Assembly (NCBI GenBank): GCA_002633005.1
Contig: NMRA01000047.1
Span: forward strand, 707,326-771,325
Reading direction: 5' to 3'
DNA: 64,000 nt
Source of the DNA: Phoronis australis
Taxonomy: Eukaryota > Animalia > Phoronida
Below are positions 1-12,600 of the stretch, piece by piece (position 1 is the first letter of the stretch; every line of letters begins with the position of its first letter). Below the pieces are notes generated by a model. It was not told the origin of the DNA, did not search any database, and saw only the letters and a program-made list of their open reading frames with translations. The translations under genes and the position numbers were made by a program.

Positions 1-322
1 CCGGTTTGTTCTCCCAGGAGCTGGTGATAACTTTTGAGTGAAAATATATTGAAAAGCAGATAGCTTAGTTTAACAATTTCAGACTTACCTGTCAATAAAC
101 TTTGTCCTTTTTGGTGTTTTTTTTTCATCATTTACTCTAGCAATTGTCGGTACGTTAAATCTAGTTCAACCAATCCAGCTAGTGGCCCGAGGTCGGGTTC
201 GTTTCTGTCATGGTTATGCAGGACTGAGAAATAGGTCAAAATTTGACCAACTTAGGAGCATGATATCTTAGAAATGGCTGACCGGATTAATATGAAACCT
301 TCAGATTGGCCTATTTAATATG

Positions 323-1940
323 CTAATGCAATGCTCTCCAATTCGGTTGAGTGTTGTTATGTGGCGCTAGATACTGAAAGAGGTGAATCCGTTTTGGTAA
401 TAAAAAAGATTTGACAACTGTTATCTTACCAAAGGTAGATGAATTTCTTTTTGACCAATTTCCAATGCCTTTTCTAACTTCGTTTAATTTTACGTCGTAG
501 TTTAAGTGAATCATGTCCTGTAAGTTGACAGAGAATGTAATTCCAAGAGATGTGAACTGGAAACTTGCCCATTTAAGTTAAATCTTTTTCACAGCAAAGC
601 TTATCACCACAAAATATCTTAGAACCAATCCATATGCAAACAGTTTTATCGATATTGGGTATCAAACCAGAATACTTAGCAAAGTGATCAAGACGGTTAA
701 GTGACGATTTTAAAGAGGTCGCTGAACCATCTAGAAAGAGGACCGTGTCGTCTGCATATTGCATTAATTTATACTCTAGAGAGCCTACATGTACTTTTAT
801 GCCTTAAACATTCTTGCATTGCCTCATCATAGATGCCATAATTTCGGCACACAACAAAAAAGATAAGGTGAAAGGGAATCCCCTTGTCTGCAACCTCGGC
901 AAATGTTAAAGTAGTTATTGAGACGTAAAGCCATACTGAATGACCGAAAGTTGGACACTTTCATTGAGTATTGTGAATCAACGATTAATATCGTCACCAA
1001 AATTGAAATAGTGTAGAAATTTCTTAAGAAATCCCCAGGACACAGAATCAAAGGCTTTTTCAAAATCAATTAATATCAGAAGTCCGGGAATATCCTTAAC
1101 TTGAGTATATTGTAAATAAATCACTCTGGTGTTCTCCCCGATAAAGCGACCTGGGAGAAACCGAGTTTAAAATAGATTTTATCCTTTGTGCAATACATGC
1201 TGATAATAGTTTATAACTTGAATTTAGTAAGGAGATTGGTCTCCAATTTCTAATGTATTCATGTGGTTTCTTGCTCTTAGGAATCAAAGTAATGACACCT
1301 TGACGCATAGTGGTAGGGAGACGGCCGGTTCGAGAACTGTAATTAAAAGATTTGATCAAAAATGGCGACAATTCTTTCCAAAAAAAATTGTAAAACTCTA
1401 CAGGAAAACCATCAGTCCCCGGAGTTGTGTCATTTTTCATACTTTTAAGGACAGCCGCAGCTTCAGTATATGTTATTGGTCCTTCTAGTTTTTCTTTAAA
1501 GTCGGCGTCTAGTTTCGACATATTTTCAGGGGTCACCAAGTCCTCCAACTCATATTGGAGAGAGTCATTTTCTTTGGCTGTATATAAATTTGCATACAAT
1601 TTTTCGATTGCACACAGTATAGCTTTTTGGTTTGTCAAGCTTCTTCCAGTCTCGTCTATATGTTTGTGGACATTCTTGTTCACGTAATTGCGTTTTTCTA
1701 AGTTACTAAAATATTTGGACGGTTTTTCGCCATCCTCGATCCATTTTGCGAAGATCTCAGCATCATGCCTTTCTCTTTGTCCTTTCTAATATATTCGTAA
1801 TCTTTCTGCAAATCTGAATAAATTTCAAGGAGCAGAGATCAGAATTACTGTTGCACATCATTTCTCTAAGAAGACTTAATTGCTCCTCTAATTTTTTTCA
1901 TGTCGATGCTTTTGTTTTTTCTTGAAAGCTGAATAAGACA
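323..1940 (-). mobile_element. Decayed non-LTR retrotransposon (L1/Tx1-like) ORF2, reverse-transcriptase region, frameshifted
   Basis: Minus-strand ORF pieces carry RT motifs in the correct order: WIEDGEKPSKYFSNLEK, TPGTDGFPVEFY, NWRPISLLNSSYKLL, GCRQGDSLSPYLF, QYADDT, GKITVVKSFLLPK; broken by frameshifts and stops. Confidence 0.9.
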
Positions 1941-1959
1941 ATATGAAAAGTTGATTATG

Positions 1960-2019
1960 AAAACGGAATAATAAATTTTAAAAACGCTCTAGCGTTTTTA
2001 AAATTTAGTATTCCGTTTT
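1960..2019. repeat. Near-perfect AT-rich palindrome (29-bp arms, 2-nt loop, 1 mismatch)
   Basis: AAAACGGAATAATAAATTTTAAAAACGCT-ct-AGCGTTTTTAAAATTTAGTATTCCGTTTT read directly. Confidence 0.9.
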
Positions 2020-2684
2020 TAAGGTTTCACTTTGAACGTTTAATTCAAGCGATCTTTGGTAATGTTACTGATATCGTTGTTTTGCCTATGAATTGGTTAA
2101 TTTGTGTTGAACTTTACTTCAAGACACGGTCACTTATTCATAGGAGATTGATACTAATTCAAAAATAAAACTCATCCGACTTTTTACTTTCAGAAAATGT
2201 AGACTTTTATAAAGTTAAAATCTATAGTTTTGTATACAGAAGGTAAATACACAGACCGATAAGGTCTTAGACGATCACCTAAGGTCAACACAAGCGATTA
2301 CAATTTTTGTCAGGTGGTCTATGATTAACACTATCTGATATTTAAGAAAAAAGGGGCTGATATAATTGAAGTTGCGGTAGTGTATTTATACCAAAACCAT
2401 TAGGCAGGTAACTATTTCTATGCATGTTGTTTAGTTTGCATTGTTTTATCAATCAAGTTCGGTTGCCTTGAGCACTTCTTTGCATTTCCTTCGGCGTACA
2501 CAGGCGGCGCCCTGCGTAATTAACTCGTTAAGTTTGGCCACTTTTCCTTCGTACAATCTAATACAAAATAATGAGATAGCATGAAAATAAATCCACGTGA
2601 CGCCTGAGCAGTGCTTCTCTCTTCGTATAGGCATGATAAATTAATTTTCAAATAATCCACAGTATGAGGTTTTGCCGGTGTCAT

Positions 2685-2839
2685 CAGGGGCGGATCCAGG
2701 ATTTTGAGTTGGGGGAGCCAGGACAGAGTATTAGCCAGGATTTTTCACGTCAGACATTCGCACCCCCGAACTCCCAAACGTAATCTGGGAGAATTTTAGG
2801 GGGGCATGGCCCCCTTGGCCCCCTCTAAATCCGCCACTG
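2685..2839. mobile_element. MITE with CAGGGGCGGA...TCCGCCACTG terminal inverted repeats and a 5-bp flanking direct repeat GTCAT
   Basis: TIRs at both ends; GTCAT at 2680-2684 and 2840-2844; a related end (CAGTGGCGGATTTAGGGG) at 28619. Confidence 0.8.
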
Positions 2840-4138
2840 GTCATGGGGAAATATATTTCTCTGGCAAAAAGTTTCCCCTAGTGAGCAGAAGTTCTCTAAA
2901 GCAGTACATTCACGAATGTGTTTGGTTCATGAATGGTTTACTTTTTCAACTTTAGACCTCACTGTAAGCTGATTTCGCATGTTGAACTTTCTGCAGTGAC
3001 CTATGTTCTATATCGGAGCGACTAAAAGTTATAGTCAAGTACCTATGATCAGAGTAGGCCAGAGTCACAGTTTGGCCAAAGCTGATTATTCGTTAGGTTT
3101 TAACTTAATATATTTTCACTTATTAATCTAATTTCATTGGAATAAACGATACTACAGATGCTGCCTTACTCAGATGACAATTCGTTATATATCACCCAAT
3201 GAAGAGAAAAGATCGGATGCCGGTGGCTCTTTGAGCAAGAGTGGTCAGGAAAATTGTTTTCCAGGGAATGGCTTATTTCTTGTGAAGCTGGGCTCGCCGG
3301 CATCGGTTTATCACGATCCTGGCTATGCTGTCGTATAAAATCTCTCAAGAAGGTGTCGAACCATCGGGACATGTAAAGGGACATTCCAAGTACACTTAGA
3401 CTCGATGTGAGGTTTAAAACAAGCCAGGCAGCCTCCGAGGTTCGGAATGCCGGCTCCAGGTGCATCCGAGGTAAATCTATCCTGTCATTGCCAACGAACC
3501 CCTTTGAGAGCCGCACCACACAATCGCTGTCGACAGTGCTGTGGTTAGTTGATTGACGACAGGTTGAAGCAAGAAGCGCACCACAATAGTAAACTCCTTG
3601 GTTGAAGCTTGCTATTTCACACATCAGAACTTGAACTTTGTGAAGTGCATATGCAATTAATGTAAACAGTTAAGTTAGAAACGACAGTTTCTGTGAAAGA
3701 ACTGTTTATAAGATTTCTTACGAAATTCAATGACCGATACTTTTATTCTTACTGTAAGCCTATATTCACTTATTTAGGCCAACTCTCGTGCACCTTCGAA
3801 GTTGCATCTACTTGCCGAATTAGGCGAAAGCGGCTATGCGCAAACCATTCGAGTAAAACCATGTTTGAAATTGCCCTGGGGAGAAGTACTTGCTTACCTA
3901 TGCCTCAGGTCACCTTGAGGAGCAAGGATACTCCGTGACTGCTCGTCGAGTAGTCCGGTTGGTAGCCTTTGTTCGGATCTCGTTTTATGACATGCCAAAT
4001 TAGAGATGTTCAGATGTCACAGTTCTTCCCCAATTTTGCCTCGCTTAATTCCGTCTCTCTTAGGGTTTCCTGTTAAGGGCATGCTCAGGCCCGTAGCTAG
4101 GGAGGGGGGTTCGGGGGGTTCGATCGAACACCCCAATT

Positions 4139-5121
4139 TGATTAATTGGGCAAAAAGGTCCACCTCGGTGAAACAAAAATTCTGAGCAAAAGAGACAAAA
4201 GTCTACTAAATCTAGGGGGAAGTCGACGTGGATGCAAAAATGCACAATTCGTGGGCCTGAACCTAGTGGGTTCCGTTTTTTTTTTTTAGTCCTCGTTGAT
4301 GTCTTTCAGTAAAAGGTCCGCATATCGAAAAATTCGAACCCCCCTATATTTTAGGCTGGGTGCGCCCATGTTAATCGGCATCTTTCACGTGCGAAATGGG
4401 AGATTTTTAAAATGTAGCGACTGATAACCACAGTAGGGGCTCAATAATAGTGCCCTCTAGGGAACGAGAAGGCAATTTTACTTTTGTTTAAAAAGAATCA
4501 CGTTTAATCACATACGTTGAAAGCGGTCTTTTCGCCAAGTTAAAATGTTCTGACTTCGCCACTCGCTACGATGATGTACCTCCGGATAAAGCTAGGTGGC
4601 GATAATAGTCACCGGTCCCATGTAATCAGCCCTCTTNGATTAATTGGGCAAAAAGGTCCACCTCGGTGAAACAAAAAGTCTGAGCAAAAGAGACAAAAGT
4701 CTACTAAATCTAGGGGGAAGTTGACGCGGATGCAAAAATGCACAATTCGTGGGCCTGAACCTAGTGGGTTCCGTTTTTTTTTTAGTCCTCGTTGATGTCT
4801 TTCAGTAAAAGGTCCGCATATCGAAAAATTCGAACCCCCCTATATTTTAGGCTGGGTGCGCGCATGTTAATCGGCATCTTTCACGTGCGAAATGGGAGAT
4901 TTTTAAAATGTAACCACAGTAGGGGCTCAATAATAGTGCCCTCTAGGGAACGAGAAGGCAATTTTACTTTTGTTTAAAAAGAATCACGTTTAATCACATA
5001 CGCTGAAAGCGGTCTTTTCGCCAAGTTAAAATGTTCTGACTTCGCCACTCGCTACGATGATGTACCTCCGGATAAAGCTAGGTGGCGATAATAGTCACCG
5101 GTCCCATGTAATCAGCCCTCT
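4139..5121. repeat. ~490-bp near-identical tandem duplication joined by a single N (probably two uncollapsed haplotypes)
   Basis: 4139-4637 is repeated at 4639-5121 with a few SNPs and one 10-bp indel; N at 4638. Confidence 0.8.
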
Positions 5122-6437
5122 TTGTAACGTCACCCATTTTGTCTATTTTAGTCTGTTTGGGGCTAGTGATTGTCCTAGATTTAAACCGCGATCACGTGTC
5201 TCCAAAGTTTGAAATTTTATTTTCACAGTGTGTTAGACACTCTACAGTTCTTTTGATCATTCGTTAAGTTGATCAGGGGCACCTCATCATTCCTGCGGAT
5301 AGGCGTCTTTGCCTATTCAAGGTTTTTATGAGGTGCAGATGATCCGAGGTGAGCAAACACGGTGCGCCCTTCCATTCAATTTTTTAGCGTCAATGACACG
5401 GGGTGCGGCCCTAGAATATCCCTGCTTCACGAAGCATGTCCCGTTAATTGTCCTTCAATAGCCTGCGTAGGCACCCGCATATCCATTTAGCGTTATGAAA
5501 AGGTTTTATTGTAGACTAACAAGGGCATAGAGAGGTCAAACCAACAGTATTTGTGTGTTTTTAAAACGACGTTCTCACTTCCACCGTTCGATAACGTTTT
5601 GCACCTCTGTGTTGTCTCTCTCCGCTCAAAACCGCTCAAATTGGTCTCTGTATGCATGAATTAGGAACAGCCGAGGAACTTGGCAAGTTCACTCAAATAA
5701 TCACTTTCGCGCTGACAAAACTTTGAACTGTACTAAAGCAAATTACATGTTACTGGAATAATCAATATTTCTCACCAACTTGTATTGTTTTTTTTTAACT
5801 ATTGTTGATCATTTTCATTAAACAAAAATTGATTAACACATTCCCTTGATTCTGTGACACAAGTTCCGGTAAATGAAAAGAGGTGATCGTGGGGCCAAGA
5901 ATTCCAAAAATTCTTTACACTGAACAAAAAAATGAAGTGATTGCTTTATTGAATATTTAATTCCTAGTTCACGCATACACAAGCTTGAGATTATGCAGGT
6001 TCACGCACAACAGCTCTATATTATTCTCATTATGCCATCTCTGTAGTGCTGTTCGTAGCCTTTGGTAGCTTGTGAATCCTTAATTCACAGTTACTACTTC
6101 AGGGAGCGGAAAATGTACGTCACTAGGCTGGTCAGCTGATCCAACTTATTGATTGTACTCTGTTCTTTATGAAATACCGACCTTGCTGCAATTATTCAGT
6201 ACTCGGGCTTTGTTTAAAAGAACGTGAATTTGAAAGTACGTTTGGACCGGTCGGAGTCACAGTTCTCGAGGAACATCCGAATTGTGCGGATGTCGTGTGT
6301 TCTACTCTGTCATTGTTGTGAAAACAGAACTGGAGGCTTGATGTTTGCTATCAGACGTTGGAAAAGTGATGCTTGAATAAGCAACAGTGATTGCCAGTCT
6401 CGGTGGGATTGTCAAAGCCTCCGATTTAGGCCCTGGC

Positions 6438-6663
6438 ATGGGTTGTGGGAAGAAATCCACGAGGGTGTCCGTTGATGGACTGCCGCCTAATGGCGGATTC
6501 GGGTGGATGGTTGTGCTGGCTGCCGGCCTCACGCGACTATTTCTTTATGGGATCACTATGACCACTGGGGTCATGTACGACGTCTTCCTGATCGAGTTTG
6601 GAGAGGGAAAAGGGGACACAGCGTGGATCAGCTCTTTGATTACGGCAGTAGGATTCCTCGGCT
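6438..6663 (+). CDS. SLC16-like coding exon 1
   Basis: ATG 6438; MGCGKK...PPNGGFGWMVV...GFLG; donor T|GTAAGT. Confidence 0.9.
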
Positions 6664-9600
6664 GTAAGTAGTATTCGGGCTTCTTAAGAGTCAAGGGTTC
6701 CGGTGACATATCATGCTTTAGTCGTCACATTCATGTATGATCTGTCACTGCAGCTGGTTACAAAATTACATTTCAATGGCGTTTATACCACTCGAATACG
6801 TATAAACTGCTTCGCTTTTTAATGTGATGTCTGAACGGTTTGTGTTATATAAGTCGCCTTTCCACCTCTGTGGGTCGTACAAATATGTTGCAGGTACGCC
6901 ATTTAATACAGATCAAATATGTTTGTATTGTATTGTATTGTATTGTATTGTATTGTTTGCAGTAACTAATATATCGCTTGTGTTTTTTAGAATTTGACCC
7001 TCTGTACGATTTTTGTAACGGTAACCCGGTGCATTCACAACTCGGGTAGGAGATGAACTTCGATTACAAACAACTGAACCTTTAGTAGTAATGCTTACCT
7101 CAGATTTGCCTTCAAACCTGGCTGCAGTACATATTTCCCGTAGCTACAGTCTGACTGTACAGTGGTCAAGGCATTAACAACTGCAAACCTTTCTCTCAGA
7201 ACAGATCAAGCAAATGCCATCCGTTGCCTTCACATGCAGTGCAAAACTTAAAATGCCCAGTCAGTTCAACAGGAGCCAGTTTTTAAAGAAATTGGGTGTG
7301 AATTGGGTAAATTTAACAGTGACTCACAAAACTCAACCGTGGCTTAAAAAACTACTGAGTGCAACCTGTTAGTGCCTCGGTGCAGCGAAAGGTACATTGA
7401 TTGGTCGACCAAGGGCTTTACTGCTTGCAGGTGGCGCTGGAAGCAATAAATATCTTCACTTCACCACACACTTGATTGTTATTAGGTGGCACTGAACAGT
7501 TACGCTGCTGCCTAAGGCCAATTTGCACAAAATTAAATCCTATGGGTAGGCCAGGCTTGCGGGAATTTTTATGTAGGCATGGTATGTTGGCTCAGTAAAT
7601 CTGGTTTGTTTGTATTTGTGATCATGTTGGGAATGTGAAAAGATCATTTGTAAGGGTATAGATGCACTCATCTTCAAAATGGCTTCCCCCTGTTGCTTTT
7701 GTGCATTGCTGAAAAGCGACTGTGAAATCGACTGTGAATTCCGGTAGCCCTCAAACAAGCCAGGCGTGCGTTCAGTAGACGCTAGGACCTACGCTAGGAC
7801 CTAGCTAAAAGCTAGTCAAAGTCACGTGTTCTCATTCAAAATGCACGGCAATATCTCACGTAATCTCGCGAAGTCTTGCCTTTTAGCGAGGTCCTAGCGT
7901 TACTGAACGGGAGGCAGAATTGCCAAAACCAGCAGCACCACCTGTTAGCGGTAAAGCCCTTGATCGAGTGGTTAGGAGGCACTGAACAGTTCTCACAGGG
8001 ATTTGCCTATCAGAACACACGTCAATGGACTCTTCACGCTTTCTTCACTCTGTCAAAAACTCCATGCAAATAAAGAAAAGTTTTGAGTCATTTCACATCA
8101 CAAGCCCTACAGATGAGCACAGAAACTTTGTTCTCTCTTGTATTTTTGACCCTTTCACTCCCAGTGGAAACCAAGCTAGACTAAGAAAAATAAGGACAAA
8201 AAAATGCAAAATCGGCACTTTTCACCCCCAAAACCACCACTTCCCTGCCGATGCTCGACTAAAGCCAACATTAGATTCCGAAAGCAAATTTCCTACCGAT
8301 TCCAAAAATGTGGTCCAAAAGTACTGTCAACCAACTAGTTTTTTTTGCAAATCTGGCTTGTTTGAGGGCTACCAGAAATCGCGGCCAATTTCTCAGTTGC
8401 TACACAGCAATGCACAACTGCAACAAGGGGCCACCATCTTGAAGAAGAGAGCAGCTACAGCCAAGAAAGTGGCCTTTTTTAATTCTCAGCATGTTCACAA
8501 ATACAAACAAACCAAATTCCTTTGGCCTACATACAACACTTAACTAAAAAAAAAATGCCCTCAAGCCTAGTCTACCCCTAGATTTTAATATTTCGGGAGT
8601 GCAAATTGGCCGCGGCTGCAGTCTAACTGTTCAGTGCCACCTTGCCTTTTGCCTCCGTGCGCCATTGTTGCTAACGAGATTTGACAGCGGCACCACCTAA
8701 GTTTTGCAACTGCCGTGTTCACACGGAGTTTCATAGATTATAACCTCACCCTAAACTAAACCCACAGAGGGTTATTACCGTGCTACTGTTACAACTTATA
8801 GTGTTCATTCCTAGAAATCGGGTTTAAGAATGATAACCGTTTTCGTGTGAACAAGGTATATTAAATTACATTTTTTCGGAATTTGTAGGTTACGTACTGG
8901 AGTTCGATAACGTGTACAGTTCAATAGCTGTCTCGCGGAGAAAAATCTGGCCAAAATCACGTGCTCTCTTGAAAATACACGGCAATATCTCGTGTAATCT
9001 CGCGAAGTTTTGCTTTTTTAACGAAGTCCTAGTAAGGTCCTAGCATTACTAAACTCTACCGTTTACCTTGGAACTTAGAATTGTGGTCCGAGGTTTAACC
9101 AAGTGTAACTTTTATTGAGTTATTTACTAAGGACCGTCCTTGGTAAATAACTCAATAAAAGTTACACTTGGGCCAAGTTCACAAAACAGAGATCCTGATC
9201 TGTTTACGGATTAGGGACTGTAAAGGGTCGTACCTTATTATCATGTCTTCGGTGTATTTAACTGAGCATAAAAATGATACTAACTCTGCTCAATCCTTTT
9301 TAAGTCCTTTCACCCTAACCTTTTCAGCTCTGCATTCTTTTTAATCTGAATAAACTTGACGCTGGCCAACACGGTGATTGAACCAAATCGCTTCTCTAAA
9401 ATGGCGTTTGCATTAAACTATTGCTGGTCGAAGTCGACAATTGTTGTTTTTATTTGAAAACCAGCATGAACCTCTAAACTATTGCCTGCATTAGAGCGAG
9501 GAAAAATGGTCACTGACCTGTAAACGTCCAATGTGTGGGCGATCCAGTACACACAGTTACAATGCGCCACCTAAGGTAACTGGCTTTCTCACCTAGCCCG

Positions 9601-12600
9601 CGTGCTGCGAGGATTTGCGCTTACTGTGTGAAAGACATCAGAACAAAAAACTTTTTCTCTAAGTCATTACTAAATATGTATTTGCTGGAGACGTGAGCTA
9701 TGTGCTAAGCTCATTTACATTCGGGGCGCCTAGCTTTCCATCAGCGGTTGCCCTTAATTAAGTTGTCATGTTTTAAAAATGTGACCCTTGAAATAAAGAG
9801 ATATATCACCTGTTTCACAGTAGGCTGATTTATTGCAAGCTTATGTGGATGGGTTTCTCGTAACTTGTCAATAAAATAACCATTCATTCACAATGTCATG
9901 CAGGCGTGCGTTCAGTAGACGCTAGGACCTAGCTAAAACCTAGTCAAAGTCACGTGCTCTTATTTAAAATGCACGGCAATATCTCACGTAATCTCGTGAA
10001 GTCTTGCTTTTTAGCGAGGTCCTAGCGTTACTGAACGGGAGGCTGTTCTCGATTAAAGCCAGTATTCGCAGTTCACACGTATACATTTGCGGATATTGTT
10101 TTCCAGTTCATTGGTATTTTTAAAACATTATTTTGAAACAGTACGTGTTGCATTTTTACCTGCTTTCTAAAAATAGTCCGTTCCATCTGTGTTGCCTTTC
10201 AGGTTTGCTTACCAGGTGGATTGATTAAGTTGCCTAACTCGCCAATAGTTTTTGCCACCAATACTTTGTGACAAAATGTCGATTCGTCTGGTGTTTATCA
10301 TGCACTTTTTGGCAATAGAAATTTACGCGTTGCATTGAGTACGTGACAGCACCTCGTGGATATTCTAGGCATGACGCCGTTTCTCATTATACATGCATGC
10401 TCAATAGCGCAAGTCCTAAATCAAACGGTCTCGCCATACACTGCACCGAAGCTCACGATTCGTTTGATAATCATTTATATGATAAAGCACAAATCATTTC
10501 CGTCATGTTTAACTAGTTTATGATTACCTTCGACGTTCCTAGAAAATTGGTTTCGTCATGTTCGGCGGACTATCTTTCTTAAAACTGATATTCAAAGTGG
10601 TTTAAAAAGAAAGCCCCCACTGGGCCTGCACATCGTTAAGAAATCATTGATACAATCCGATATCGAAATTTTCATTTTCATGCAATATTTTGCGGCATTG
10701 TTATGGAAATTAATACGCACGAAAGTGGGACGATGTGTTCGCGTAAGGGATTAATGCGTCGTCCGGGAGTAACTTGGCAGTGCACAAATCAGTGGCGTTT
10801 TTTCCGATGTGCCGGGTATGGAAAGTCGTAGCGGAAAAATCCAAGACACACATTTTTATGCAAAATTTAAAAAACAGGTAAAGCATTACTTTTACCCTTC
10901 AGGACGAAAAAAAATACATCAAAGCCAGAATTTTCTCTCATGCAGGAATTGAAAACAGTCCAAAATATTGTTTTCACTTCGTATGACAAAATTTATTACG
11001 GCTTTCCATAGCCTGAGAATATGCCAGTGCTTCCTAACTATGAAGCTCCAAATGACCAGTTAGGGCCGTAAATACGACGGTAATTAAATTTAAGGATGTT
11101 CGTAAATTAAAATTACGGCCGCAACTTTATTTTGGAATGCTCTGAAATTAAAGTGCCACCGTAACTGCAACCCCAGTTAAATTCCCAGAGTTCTTGATTT
11201 GAGAGCATTCTTCTTAAATTGTTAAAGAACGTTCTTAAAACTTGAAACCAATCAGAGTTAACATTACAGATATACCGGACAAGACAACATGGCGGCTATT
11301 GATTGATCATCGTTTGTCGTCGAATTTCTTACCTATTGTTGTTTTTCTAGAAGGTCTCTGAATAAGCCCAGGCAGTCGAATATATGTCTGGATATTCGTT
11401 GTTGAAAAATGTTTTCCTAAAATAGGTGGACACTCAGGACGCATGCGCATACTGGAGGAAACTGTAAGTGCACGGTTGAACCTTCGAACCGTCGAAGTTT
11501 CACTGGAAATTGTAACCACAATCTTTTTCAAAGCAAATTTAATGTTTCTCGTGAAGGTATATCATTGAGGGCGTTGAGAATTTTCGTTTAAATGCCGACT
11601 ATAGGATTCTATAGTATTCCCCAATGGCACTGCCAAATGCACGCCTATTGAATATTTCAATCACTGTTTTGGTACCAAAAATGCAAGCTGGAGTGAATCA
11701 AGTTAGCAGTGGCTAATCATCCTGAAAAGCATTCAACGAAATTCAAGGTGTCCATGGGTTTGCCTGTGGACTGCTGCGCCTGCAGGCCTGGGATCCTGGT
11801 CCAAAACGTAGAGTGTTACCTCATGCCTGACGCAATCCTTGTTGCAGTCCAAAAGCCGGGATCCGAAAATCAAATCTGAAATCCTCTCAAATGTACCGGC
11901 GTTTCAGATTGATGTCCGATGTCAAAAATGAGTTGAAGTGTTTTTCATTAATTTGCATTTTTGCTGTTCGAAAGAGTGGTCTAACCGCCCTTCAGAAGTA
12001 TTACATGCCATGGCAAGTGTATTGCGATCATGTATCCGGGTCAGCTATCTGCATCGAGGGCAATACATCTCTTTGTTGTTTTTCAGATTCAGCGATTGTT
12101 GGCTTATTGCTAAGCGGAATGTGTTCATTTCCTTTTAGAAATGCATGCTGTGCGATACATCCACTTTTAAAATTGAGTTTGCCTGTGTTTAACTAATATA
12201 CCAAACGCCCATTGTAGATTCACTTTATATGAGATTTTAAGAAATTGTTCAAGTTTGAACTGCGACTACATTTCATTGAAACCTATGAATATTTTAATCC
12301 GGCTCTGGATTAACTGTTTCGCTTTTTGTCGGTGCGTTTTTTTGGAACTACTAATTAGCCTAAAGGAATGTGTCGCACAACATCCCTGCAGTGATGATAC
12401 GCTATGGCAACTGTCTACGAGAAGGGAAAGAGGGATTTTAACAGTTTTGTAGCTTATTACCGTATTTGCATGTACAATGGGAATGAATGCTTTTGTACGG
12501 GCAGGTCCAGTGTCGGGCGTGCTGACGGACATCCTTGGACCACGGCCTGTGGTCGTCGCTGCAGGCTTGATAGCCTCTGTGGGGCTTTGCCTTAGTGCAG

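Noticed and set aside
3166-3624. 152-aa minus-strand ORF
   Set aside because: No recognisable domain or supportable exon chain; not called
4139-5121. Apparent recent tandem duplication
   Set aside because: The copies meet at a single N and differ like alleles; most likely a scaffolding artefact
7540-8543. Two similar ORFs on opposite strands (FEGY..S..ISQ...HKYKQT.F)
   Set aside because: The similarity is a by-product of inverted copies of a non-coding DNA element
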